64,000 bases of DNA from Epithemia pelagica (lineage: Eukaryota; Protista; Bacillariophyta). The notes under the pieces were generated by a model. That model saw only the letters and a list, made by a program, of their open reading frames with translations, was not told where the DNA came from and did not search any database. The stretch is from assembly GCA_946965045.2 (NCBI GenBank), contig OX337240.1, positions 682,001-746,000 of the forward strand. The letters run 5' to 3'. Positions 10,750-21,398 of the stretch are shown piece after piece (the stretch's first letter is position 1; each line of letters starts with the position of its first letter). The position numbers and the translations under genes were made by a program.

Positions 10750-11350
10750 TAAATGGACGTCAACGATTGCTTATTGGTAACGCCACACATACGTGCTGGA
10801 GGAGAGCTTCTCTATGGTTTGACGCATGACTGGTGCATGCTGGAAACCACACCAGCCAAGGGAAATCTGAAACTGTCCACGTCATGTCCCAAAGTTTGTG
10901 TTGTTACCGGCAAACATACTCTGTTGGATACTGTCTCAGATGTTAGTCAACAAGCGTTTGAAAGGCAAGATGGAATGGAGACACTCATCTCCTGAGCAGA
11001 GAAGGAAATCAAGGAAATCAAGGCTTTTCGAGAGGGTAGGTGGGGAATATTAGAGGCACGATGGGACCCAGATCTTTGTCCCCTTGCAAAGGTGGAAAAC
11101 CAGTTGGTCTCTAGGACGTCAGACTTGTACGGTCGTCTTCTTCGCGTCAACGGAATCACTTTGTCGGAGACAAAACTGCTGAAGACTACAATGCATTCGA
11201 CCAGACCACTGCATCAGAGATTATGGACCAAGTAGATTTGTTGCAGCGAGCAGTTAACAAGTTGCTTGAGGTGTACGTTTGTTTGGCAGATGTTGAGACC
11301 CTTCCTGAGAACATCTCCTCTTGAGAAGTGGCCTTGCCTCCGGTAGTTGC
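10750..11350 (+). pseudogene. Degraded coding-like remnant in the spacer of the inverted repeat
   Basis: A long protein-like frame (...METLIS*AEKEIKEIKAFREGRWGILEARWDPDLCPLAK...) broken by stops and a frameshift; no family recognised. Confidence 0.3.
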
Positions 11351-11384
11351 CCGTAGTTTCCCGTAGCTTAACTTCGTAGTAGAA

Positions 11385-12077
11385 CTTGTTGCGTTTGGTT
11401 TGATTGTCGTTCTGTCCGCTTGTCGTTTTGTCCGCTTGTCCGCTTGTCGTTTTGTCCGCTTGTCCGCTTGTCGTCTTGTCGTCTTGTCCGCTTGTCGTCT
11501 TGTCGTCTTGTCCGCTTCATCTTGTCCGCTTGTCGTCTTGTCCGCTTCATCTTGTCCGCTTGTCGTCTTGTCCGCTTCATTTTGTGAGGTTTGCGAGAAC
11601 CATCCCGTGGGAGCACCGTGACAAAATAGAAGCACGACTCGTACTTCTGCAGTAATGTTGTACTAGAAACGTACTCGTACTGGATGTACTGTTAAATAGA
11701 CCAAATAATGGGAATTGGGCTGCTCAAGAATATTATAGCCTATTGTGGCGAGCAGCTTGTCCTTGGCGTTGAGCTTATTTACCGATGGCTCACAAGACTG
11801 AGAAGTTATGTAGTGTACACAAATTCATTCGTCAGGCTTAGCTAATGATTGATATGTAGGACATTACAAGACAAAAATTTCATCATGTATGTGTGTGTCA
11901 TGAGGCTTAATACCGGGAGCACCGTTTTTATTGCCCCGGTTTTTTTAACAATAGACAATCGCCAAAACGACAAGGACTAGAGCTGTTTAGCTAGTACTAA
12001 GCTAAAATGCTGCCTTGTCTGCTAGGATAGGGCGCGTGAGGTCATAGCCGACATAGTTTCGCGTGTTCCAGGAGTAC
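11385..12077 (-). repeat. Right arm of the long inverted repeat; overlaps the 3' end of the 12002-12802 gene
   Basis: Reverse complement of 10013-10696, including the minisatellite at 11404-11580. Confidence 0.95.
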
Positions 12078-12802
12078 ATGCCGTATTCATCACGCGAAAA
12101 AGCCTGGTCTGCCACACCATCGTCTTCGCCACCAAGATAGGTGAACAGATCATTGTCATCACCGAGTTCGAAGTAGTTTTGAACAAGAGCATTGACTTCT
12201 TCATCTTGAAACAGATTATCCAAAGGGCGAGGAATATTGCCGGTGTGATCCAAGTCAGGAGTGTTGTAGCTGTAAGTGCGATTGTATCCGTGTTCTTTGT
12301 CATTCTTCTCCATCACCTCGGCAATGGTCTTACACAAATTTTTGGTCAGAGTCTTTTTCTTTGTGTCATCGTCAGCGTCGTCACAGAATCCAACAACGCA
12401 CGGCCAGGGGTATTCGGTTCCGGACTTGTCCGGGTTGCCATTCATCATCGGTTCATCCTTCTCAGGTGAGAGACGACGATACAGTTTTTGAATTCGCACA
12501 TCAAACTCATCAAAAAGGCACTTTTCCTTTTCTTTAATCAGATCAAATACAGGATTCATGTATCCCTACCGCTCTGTTTTGGTCCCTGCGAGCTTCATGT
12601 AAGCAACAATAAACTGTGAGTTAGGGCCACAACGTTCCGAATGGATCTCAGAGACCCTGGGCTTCGATCTACTCGGAGAAGGAGCAACACCTTTCTTCTT
12701 CGTTGCCGTGAACTTGAACTTCTTGATTGTTTCCTGGTGAGGAGAAGAAAAAAGAAAGGTGAGCATGGATGAATGCCATGTAGTGATAGAACGACACAAC
12801 AA
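12002..12802 (-). pseudogene. Unknown protein gene interrupted by one in-frame TAG at 12566-12568
   Basis: ORFs 12566-12802 and 12002-12559 share a frame (offset 564 nt): ...AGTKTER*GYMNPVFDLIKE... Confidence 0.55.
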
Positions 12803-13007
12803 TCAAACTTGCCTTTTTCGCTGGTGGAGTCATGATGCGGATGTTGTTTGTCGAGGAAGGAAATATGAGTTGATTGTTGGACTTGGCTTGAGGAGATGAG
12901 GCTGCATCGAGAAAATCGTGTTTTCTCGATCCTCAACGCTTCTCCAATTGGAACCGTTCAAGAACCGAGAAAAATGTTTTCATGGTATACTCCCATCGCT
13001 ATTTGTA

Positions 13008-13726
13008 ATTCAAATGCACATGGGAGTATAAATTTCCTCTATTACCGGATGTTTGGCCTTGGAAGCAGCACTCAACAGACCAATACTCTCACTGGTTTGC
13101 CTCTTGTGTATGGAAATCAGAGAACTCCATCTTGTTGGCGGGCTCTCTACATGCTAAGATTCAAATGGATATAGGAGTAGAAATTTCCTCTATTAAGGGA
13201 TCTTCCGCTTTCGAACTAGGACTCAACAGACCGATACTACTCTTACTTGTTTTCCCTCTTGTCTATGGTCTCAAAGTACTCTTTCTTGTTGGCGGGCTCT
13301 CTACATTCTAAGATTCAGATGCACATAGGAGTATCACTTTCCCGCCAATGAAAGCAGGCTCCGCAGACGCACACGATCGTAACTACTCTCGTCGATGGAT
13401 ATGAGCATCTGTTTGCCTCTTGTGTATGGAAATCAGAGAACTCCATTTTGTTGGCGGGCTCTCTACATGCTAAGATTCAAATGGATATAGGAGTAGAAAT
13501 TTCCTCTATTAAGGGAACTTCCGCTTTCGAACTAGGACTCAACAGACCGATACTACTCTTACTTGTTTTCCCTCTTGTCTATGGTCTCAGAGTACTCTTT
13601 CTTGTTGGCGGGCTCTCTACATTCTAAGATTCAGATGCACATAGGAGTATCACTTTCCTGCCAATGAAAGCAGGCTCTGTAGACGCACACGATCGTAACT
13701 ACTCTCGTCGATGGATATGAGCATCT
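13008..13726 (+). repeat. Satellite-like tandem array of ~151-162 bp subunits with a ~315 bp higher-order period (A-B-C-B'-C')
   Basis: Units begin attca(a/g)atg..at(a/g)ggagta and end ttgttggcgggctctctacat.ctaag. 13096-13410 nearly equals 13411-13726. Confidence 0.95.
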
Positions 13727-14227
13727 TGCACTCTGGTAATGAGCCCAATCACGCCCTTCCCCAGAATTTACCATGGCTCGCACAATGAGGGCAAAGGGAG
13801 AAGGAATAAAATTTCGACGGCTTCTGGACAAGAAAATACTCCATTGGTCACCTTTTTGTCGGGATGATCTCGTTTGTAAGCACGAGGATGATCACAATGA
13901 GGAAAGTGCACCGTGCACATGTCTGGTTTGTTTCCCTTGGCCATCTCGGAGAAACGAAATTTGTTGTGTCAGTTCTGCTTTGGAATGGATCAATCATCGG
14001 TCGAGTTTTGTGCAGCAAAAAGGCCTTGAACATGATGGTGATGATAATAGTGGGATCTTGGAAGATAAAGATTTATGGCAAGAGAGGCGGTTCGACGTTT
14101 GACAACAACTTTGACACCGCCGGTGCAGGAAAAGCGTGAACAAGGACAGACAAGGATCTTGTGTGATGGCTGTTGGCTGTTGGACTTTGCACACGAACAC
14201 GAGAGACGTCGATAGCTCAGTCAGAGG

Positions 14228-16045
14228 TTGGTTGACTTCTGTTTGACCAAGAGATCGAGAGAGCGACTGCACAGCAACACAGAGATACCAATCGTTGGAA
14301 ATCAGAGCACTCCATCTTGTTGGAGGGATTGTGAACAAAACGAGGGCCCATCAACCGACAACAACAATGATTATGCTCCTCCTCCCAGGAGCAATCCAGA
14401 TGACGTCCACGACAATTTCATGCAACGACTGGATGATTCGGCCGCCTTGTATGCGGCATCACATCCAGAACCACATCCAGATGTGGGTGGTTGGTTATAC
14501 ACCGCAACAGGTTGGAGAAAACGGAAACGACGGAAACTTGACAACATTCAAAAGACATTGCAAAAAGTCAACAGGGGAAACCAATTCATTGCATTTCTAT
14601 CAGGAGCAGGGGGGTCTGGGAAAAGCCACGTTATCAAAACAATTGTACGATACGCCAAAAATTTGTGCTACAACCTCCACATCAGGTATGACAAGAGAAC
14701 TATTGTCGTTACTGCTCTTACAGGTGCTGCAGCAGTTGGGATAAACGGAGAAACAACTGCTATGGCTTGTGCACTAAACAGAGCAATTACCGAGGAACCA
14801 GAGCAATGGAAAAATGCTTATCTGTTGATCGTTGATGAAATTTCATTTGCCTCAAAAGAAGTCGTTGATACTCTTGATCACAAATTGCGACAAATATTGC
14901 AGCCGGATGCAGCCTTTGGTGGAATTGCTCTTGTCTTTGCAAGTGATTTCACACAACTGAAACCAGTCAAAGCCCAACCATTATTCCTTTTTAAGGACTT
15001 CATGAAATGGTATGACTGGGTACACACATTCCTTGAACTTAAGACAAATCACAGGTTTCGCCTTGATCCACCATGGGGGACAATTCTTGAGACATTTCGA
15101 GACGAGGGACCAAGCAATGGTGATGTGGCGACAATCAATACTCGTGTTGTTGGATCTAAACATGGACCAACAGAGAAAGACATTCCTCCAAATGTGGTTT
15201 ATGCAACGAAAACTAATCTTGATCGAGCAGCAATCAATGATGCCATTTTTGCTAAACATCTGGAAAATACCCATTCAAAAGATCCTAATGTTGACCCTCC
15301 CATGCACACAATCTGTATCAAAGCGTCCAACTTGAAGTGGAAAAAAGCGGGAACAAGAAATGACTATGTTGATTTCAACAAGGCAAGTGAAGATATCCTT
15401 TATGCCACCTGTGGTGAGGGTCACTTGCAAGGACGAGACAACAAGAGATACGATCCACTTTTGAAACTGTATTATGGAAGACCGTTGTGTATCAATGAAA
15501 ACAAAGACGTTGAGTCATGTATTGCTAATGGAGCCATGTGTGAATTCAATGGCGTTCTCCTTAAGCAAGGGGTGACATTAACTGATTTGGAGAAAATATT
15601 GATTGATGGATATTATGTTTGGAGTCTTAAGGTCACTCAAATCGAGGGAATCAAGGTGAAAATGGTTGATGGAAACCAGAACCATGTTGTTCTTTTGAAG
15701 CCTCAGACTGTTACTCAACAAGTGCAGTTCCCACTCCCCATGTTTGGCATGAAACGAGTGAGGAAAACAATGAAAATGACGCAGCTTCCTCTCAATGTGT
15801 CCAATGCAAGGACTGTTCATAAGCTACAAGGGAGATCAATCGAATTTCTTTACATATCGAACTGGGACTACACGGGCAATTGGAACTATGTTTGTTTGTC
15901 GAGAGTTTGCCAGCTCAAAGGCCTTTTCCTTGCAAAACCACTTATAGCCGACAAATGTCGTGGAATGTCTGCTGAATGTAAAGAGTTTCATGTACATTTC
16001 CGGACAACTAAACGTCCGCCAGACATAATTAACTTTCACTTCTAG
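14228..16045 (+). CDS. PIF1: Pif1-family (SF1B) DNA helicase of Helitron type, N-terminally truncated (first in-frame ATG 14420)
   Basis: GAGGSGKS, TALTGAAA, LLIVDEIS, FGGIALVFASDFTQLKPV, LKTNHRF, ARTVHKLQGRS and YVCLSRV form the Pif1 motif set; intronless. Confidence 0.9.
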   Translation: MVDFCLTKRSRERLHSNTEIPIVGNQSTPSCWRDCEQNEGPSTDNNNDYAPPPRSNPDDVHDNFMQRLDDSAALYAASHPEPHPDVGGWLYTATGWRKRKRRKLDNIQKTLQKVNRGNQFIAFLSGAGGSGKSHVIKTIVRYAKNLCYNLHIRYDKRTIVVTALTGAAAVGINGETTAMACALNRAITEEPEQWKNAYLLIVDEISFASKEVVDTLDHKLRQILQPDAAFGGIALVFASDFTQLKPVKAQPLFLFKDFMKWYDWVHTFLELKTNHRFRLDPPWGTILETFRDEGPSNGDVATINTRVVGSKHGPTEKDIPPNVVYATKTNLDRAAINDAIFAKHLENTHSKDPNVDPPMHTICIKASNLKWKKAGTRNDYVDFNKASEDILYATCGEGHLQGRDNKRYDPLLKLYYGRPLCINENKDVESCIANGAMCEFNGVLLKQGVTLTDLEKILIDGYYVWSLKVTQIEGIKVKMVDGNQNHVVLLKPQTVTQQVQFPLPMFGMKRVRKTMKMTQLPLNVSNARTVHKLQGRSIEFLYISNWDYTGNWNYVCLSRVCQLKGLFLAKPLIADKCRGMSAECKEFHVHFRTTKRPPDIINFHF

Positions 16046-16182
16046 GAAGTGCTGCCAAGGATAAATAGAATAGTCCTGTCCACTGTACTACTGATACTGA
16101 ACTCAGCCGTCCTTTACCGCCTTGGCGGTTTCAATCTTTGCTAGGAGCAGTGACACGGACATTGTTGATTGGCAGGGTCGTG

Positions 16183-16725
16183 GTTCTCGCGAATGGGTTC
16201 TTGCCTACCTGATCAAAAAATTGAATTTGTGTAATGAGGGCGTAATCAAATCACAAGTGTGAATCGATCTGGTTGGTAGAAAACGTCCCACGACTCGCTC
16301 GGGTAGAAGATAACCCGGATCTTCTACGGTCGCATTTCTGTTCTGGCTTCATTTGAGATTTTCATGTGTACCTCAGGCCTCGCGCTTTCGGACACTTTCT
16401 TTCGCACTGGGACCTTGCGATTGTCACCTCCCAAACTCAGCAGTGCCACTCGAATGCCTGATGTAAGGACACACTGCATTTAGAGACCAAGTGTCACGAG
16501 ACAGTCAAGGATACGTTACCCACATTGTCACAAACAAAATCGTCACATTGGTTGTCCTACTCACTTTTGCTCGTGATTGAATGATCTGTGTTCTGCCTGG
16601 ACAATGGTACACGGCAGATATCGGGTACAGCTATTTCCATTCTTGATCAAGTCTCCTCGATAACTCTTCACAAACGATCACATCGTGTACTTTCACTGTA
16701 ACATGGTCAACAATTACAGCAACGA
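16183..16725 (+). repeat. Second copy of the dispersed repeat at 575-1200
   Basis: Multiple identical 20-30 nt blocks shared with 575-1200. Confidence 0.85.
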
Positions 16726-17260
16726 TCATTCGTTTTCGACCGAATGGCATCTGTTCCAGATTGTAAGGGAGGGCCCTCCCTATCGACAATACAATGTTAG
16801 TCCTAGAGGTAGACACCCATTCTACTTTCATTGTCGTTGCCGTTGCCGTTGTAGGTTGTGAGCTGTGGCGCTTGTCTGCTTCTGATATTGACGCTTTTGG
16901 GTCGCGAAAATAAGCCTCATAAGCAGTGTAGTGAAAACAGTAGTCTAGCCCAAACGTTTGCCGTTGACTGGCCGGCGTCCCTACATAGAGCCTTCAATCT
17001 TATAATCATTCCCCTTCCGAATCGTCCAACTCGTCCAAAAAGATCGATATTCGATATCCAGGATTTCGATTGTCCATGGCCAATAACTCTAGAGGTGCTC
17101 TTAGCCCTGTTAGGCCAAAGCGATTCAGCAGAATACAGCATTGGCAGCATAATCTTGGAAGACAGAGAGGTGGCATCAGGTGAAACAGGCAGATTGTGCA
17201 AGCATTTGATCAATCAGTGGAGTTATAAGAGTGTTTGACTTTGACTCCGTTTCGAGAAGC

Positions 17261-20080
17261 ATGAAGCCTTTCCTTCTCCTTTCCCTTGCCGTGGCGTTCC
17301 TGGCCGTTGTTGTGCATGGATCATCGTCAACGACTTCATCCACAACCACCACCAATAATGATGTACCCAATGAGCGATCCTTGTCGCGTTCAGCTCAGTT
17401 CATGTCCTTGGCCTTGTTCAAGTCCTTGTTTTATTCGCTCTTGTCGGATACACCCGACAGTGACGCCCAATTAGAGGCCTGGGCCCAAGTGACCGAATGG
17501 GGTTGGGAGCGTGCCGTCAACTTGGATCAAGACGATGCGACCAAATCTCCCTTTATCTTGTGTGACGAAGGGGACGAAACCTCGACGAAACGCAAAGTGA
17601 GTGTCGTTCGAGATGCCATTGGTATCTCCACGGATGTACCGGACGAGGAATTGTCGCAATACTTTTACACCATTAGCAATTCTCCCAATAGGAGTTGCTA
17701 CATGTGCTCCTTGAATGGAACAAAAGCACAAGATTTGGAAGAATTCATTCTCCAACCCATGTCCTTTTTCCTCAAGCTCAACTCGGCATCCGTCTCGTTT
17801 ACCGGCGACGAAGATACACAAGAGATACAATATGCCGTCATGTTGTGCCCCGGATTGGAGAGTCGTGATTGGGGGCAGTGGTCGTTGGATGCCTTGGCCA
17901 ATATTGTTGGTTTGATTCCAACATTGGTGGAAGTTCCGGAAGCCACGGACTATAAGACGAATTTTCTCATTTTGCAAAATTATCTCCAAAACACAGATCC
18001 AACCTTTTGCGACCGACAGCTCATTAACAATGTCCGAGCTGAAGAAGTGGACGATTACTTTTTGGTGACCTTTGATTCGTTGAAGGAACCAGTTGACAAT
18101 GTGCCCATTGAAGCAGCCGAAACCTGTTTTGTCCTGTGGGCCTTTGCCTTGGCCTATGCTCCAGAAGTATGCTACATTGAACGTCGAGTGCCTTTTGATA
18201 CCTCCAACGTTATTGAACAGTGGATTGGTCAGTCAGGAGTAGAAGATTACCGACCATTCTTTGACGAAGGCATTACGGGGGAAGGCCAAATTGTCGCCGT
18301 GTCAGACACTGGACTGGATCTGGACAATTGCTACTTTCGAGACGACAGTCCAATGCCCTTTGGTGATGTAAGAAGTCAACGAATGGTTCGACCGTTTCCT
18401 TACCCAAATCACCCTCATACTCATGAGACTTTTCTCGTTGTGTAATCACAGACATTTGACCTGACCCGGCGCAAGGTGGTACAGTATGTGGATTTTGTCA
18501 ATCGAGGAGAAGTTGTCGATGGACATGGAACGCATGTTGCTGGAACCATTGCGGGTAGGAAATCGTTGGATGGTATAACCAATCTGGACGGAATGGCTGA
18601 CGGAGTGGCAAAGGATGCTCGTTTGTGCTTCTTCGACATTGGTAGGGACGATGCAGACGGTAGGTACTATACTCTCGGTTCAAGCTCGTTTGGGACGGGC
18701 TCGTCGACACATGGCCATGTCTCAACCCATTGTGTCTCTGGTGCTTGTGTACAGGTCGCCTCTCCGTTCCTCCGGCCAAAAACCTCCTGAGTCCAGGACA
18801 AGAAGCTGGTGCAAGAATTCATTCCGCAAGTTGGGGTAGCTCGTCCACGTTCTATACCAGTCAAGACCGTGACTTTGACAAGTATATTTACAATGACGAG
18901 TCCTTTTTGATTGTGGTTGCCGCCGGAAACTTTGGACCTGACCCTCAAACCGTTGGTTCTCCAGCCAACGGCAAAAATGTTCTCACTGGTACGTCAACGA
19001 CTATGGATTGTGTTGAGATTTCTGAGATATTTTGGGTAGTTTGGTTTATACTTGTGTTCTCAATTGTCAATGTGTTTCACAGTGGGTGCTTCGACCAGTG
19101 GAGTTGGCAGCCTTTCCAGCGGTAGAGCACCTGTGGATCAACTTGCAGGATTCTCCTCGGTGGGACCATCGATGGATAAGCGAATCAAGCCTGACATTGT
19201 TGCACCCGGTGCTCATGTCCTTTCGGCGGGTTCACGAAATGAACCCTCTTGTGACCCCCCTAGCGTGAGTGATATTCCTGGACCTGGAGGCTCTGATCCG
19301 AGATTTGGCTTGTTGTCTTTACAAGGAACTTCAATGGCAACACCTGTCGTCAGCGGTCACTGCGCTTTGCTTCGACAATACTTTATTGAGGGATATCATG
19401 GAGACGGAACAAAGGGCAGCGCCGAGAGCCTCGATCCAAGTGGAACATTGATCAAGGCCACATTGATCAACGGTGCACAGCCTCTTGAAGGATACGGTCT
19501 GAATGAGATTGATGCGCGACAAGGTTTTGGTCGAATGAGTGCTATTGATTCTGTACCCTTGAAGAGGCACAACGATCTGCAGGGAGGTTACCTTGACGGA
19601 GAATTAGTCTCGCTCACCAACCCAACAAGGACCTACCGGTTCACCCTGAGCGCACAAAACCAAACCTGCGATGATGCCGAGATGAGTACAACTTTGGTGT
19701 GGGCTGATCCTCCAGGTGCCATTGGCTGTCTTAATTGCGTTCTCAACGACTTGGATTTGTTTGCGGTCCAAACGATGACCAACGGCACTGTCATTGAACA
19801 TTTCCCAAATGGGGGGTCGGCAAAGGACAGTGTCAATAATGTGGAACGTGTTCGCTTCAAAGCTGCGGCCGGAGATTCTTTTGTCATCACTGTGACGGCA
19901 GATCATTTGGAAAGTAACCAGCAGACATATGCCATTGCTAGTGTGTTTGGTTGTCTCAACCACAGAGGAAGAAATGGAGCTGAATCTTCGGCTCCTTCCC
20001 TTCGCCATTTTGGTGCTTCATCTTCGTGGAGCTGGGCCCTTGGTACGCTTGTTGCATTGGCACCACTTCTTGTGTACTAA
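17261..20080 (+). CDS. Secreted subtilisin-like serine protease (S8, KP-43/Tag-like); introns ~18368-18451, ~18660-18754, 18989-19082
   Basis: Signal peptide MKPFLLLSLAVAFLAVVVHG. Catalytic motifs VAVSDTGLD, GHGTHVAGT, VAAGN and QGTSMATP. C-terminal NDLDL...NNVERV domain and hydrophobic tail. Confidence 0.92.
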
Positions 20081-20242
20081 AACCGGACAATGGCAGTTGG
20101 TCGAGTGGAAAAGAACCAAGCCAAAACTGATGACACAAAAGCATCGATTAGGAACAAAGCTTCCGACTGGGCGACTGGGATCCATTTCTAAACTTCAGAG
20201 CTTCTTAACAAATTAAGTGCATATGGTTATATTATATTTGCT

Positions 20243-21280
20243 CTATTCGTCGAAATAAAGTGCCGTCTTGCCAACGGATTTTCCCGAGGCTTGCATCTCC
20301 AAAGCCTTGCGCAAGTTGGCCGCATTCAACTCCATGGAATTGGTTTGACGAGTTGGCAAAGTTCCGTCATTCAACAACTGGGAAATTTGCGTCAAAATAT
20401 CATGCTGGCGCTTTGATTCTTGGTTCTCGAGACCTGGACGAGTGAACATTAGGACGGCTGAAAAGTTGACGGACTTCCAAAAGAGTTGAAACAAATCGAC
20501 TGTGGCTGAAGGCCATATGCTACAAATACCTCCAAAGGGCTTGATGAGACCGACAAACTCGGTAAAGAGATCTTCTGTCAAATCCACCGTGTGCAAAATG
20601 TAGTCGACTGCTTCGATTCCAAGGTCTTTGATTTGACTCGTCAAGTTTTCACGGTGATTAATGACATGATGCGCTCCCATTTGATGGACAAAGTCTCGAG
20701 ATTCGTCGCGTGATGCTGTGGCAATCACGGTGAGACCCAAGACTTTGGAGGCGAGAGCAATGGCAGCTGTGGCAACACCACCGGCTCCTCCGGTAATGAG
20801 AATGGTTTTCCCCGTATTGTCTTGTTTGTTGGGCGAAACCTTGAGTTGATCATAAATGGCTTCCCAGGCGGTCAAGGAGGTGAGAGGCTCAGAGGCAGCT
20901 TGACTCCAGGATAGATTGGCTGGCTTGGGGCCCACGATGCGTTCGTCGACCAACACATATTCAGCAAATGCACCTGGCCGGAAAAAGTCGCCGGCAAACA
21001 TGACCTCATCACCCACTTTGAATAAGGAAGATTCCTCTCCAACTTCCTCGACAACTCCAGCAGCATCCCACCCCACGACGAGTGGGCTGGAGCCTTCAAA
21101 GGGTTCAGTGTCTTTTCCGAGATTTCCCAATCGTTTGTAGTCAATGGGATTGGTTGCGACCGCTTTGACACGGATGAGGAGATCATGTCCTGTTGGCGAA
21201 GAGGGCTTTTCCATTTCGACTTGCTTGAGTACAGACAAGTCTCCGACAGGTTTGTATTCGGTAATGGCAAAGGATTTCAT
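20243..21280 (-). CDS. MDR-family zinc-independent oxidoreductase ('zinc-binding alcohol dehydrogenase family', bacterial adh_fam_1-like), copy 1, 345 aa, intronless
   Basis: HDLLIRVKAVATNPIDYK, VVGWDAAGVV, FKVGDEV, GAFAEY, LITGGAGGV, ATASR, LMFTRP. Confidence 0.92.
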   Translation of the reverse strand: MKSFAITEYKPVGDLSVLKQVEMEKPSSPTGHDLLIRVKAVATNPIDYKRLGNLGKDTEPFEGSSPLVVGWDAAGVVEEVGEESSLFKVGDEVMFAGDFFRPGAFAEYVLVDERIVGPKPANLSWSQAASEPLTSLTAWEAIYDQLKVSPNKQDNTGKTILITGGAGGVATAAIALASKVLGLTVIATASRDESRDFVHQMGAHHVINHRENLTSQIKDLGIEAVDYILHTVDLTEDLFTEFVGLIKPFGGICSIWPSATVDLFQLFWKSVNFSAVLMFTRPGLENQESKRQHDILTQISQLLNDGTLPTRQTNSMELNAANLRKALEMQASGKSVGKTALYFDE

Positions 21281-21398
21281 GTTTGTTGTTTGGTTGTGTT
21301 TGGTTTTTGATTTGTATGATTTTGTTTTGTGAGAGCAAACGATGAGCGCTCTGGTGAAGAGATGAAAAAGTTCGTAAGGTGTTTTGTGTTTTTGGGAA

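Larger units (their letters stand above)
12980..16144 (+). mobile_element. Candidate deleted Helitron/Helentron-like element; boundaries tentative
   Basis: 5' hairpin (tatactcccat 12986 / atgggagtata 13020), ~150 bp tandem array, Pif1 helicase ORF, and 3' hairpin accgcc-tt-ggcggt (16116-16129) followed 11 nt later by CTAG (16141-16144). No Rep/HUH domain seen, and the flanks are not the canonical A|T. Confidence 0.5.

Noticed and set aside
10437-11655. Several ORFs with KRTRRQADK/DKTTSGQ repeats on both strands
   Set aside because: They arise from the minisatellite being stop-free in several frames, and most use non-ATG starts; no evidence of coding.
10013-12077. Reading the inverted arms as TIRs of a DNA transposon
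   Set aside because: There is no TSD or transposase, and the outer boundary falls inside a gene that continues on one side only.
13008-13726. Regular repeats that might look like a CRISPR array
   Set aside because: Whole ~150 bp units are duplicated, there are no unique spacers or cas genes, and the context is eukaryotic.
16766-16806. Alternative Helitron 3' end (palindrome agggagggccctccct, then CTAG)
   Set aside because: The spacing of ~21 nt is atypical; the 16116-16144 signature fits better. Not fully excluded.
16917-17213. FGRVGRFGR resembling SF2 helicase motif VI
   Set aside because: No other helicase motifs, and another frame looks equally protein-like; probably chance.
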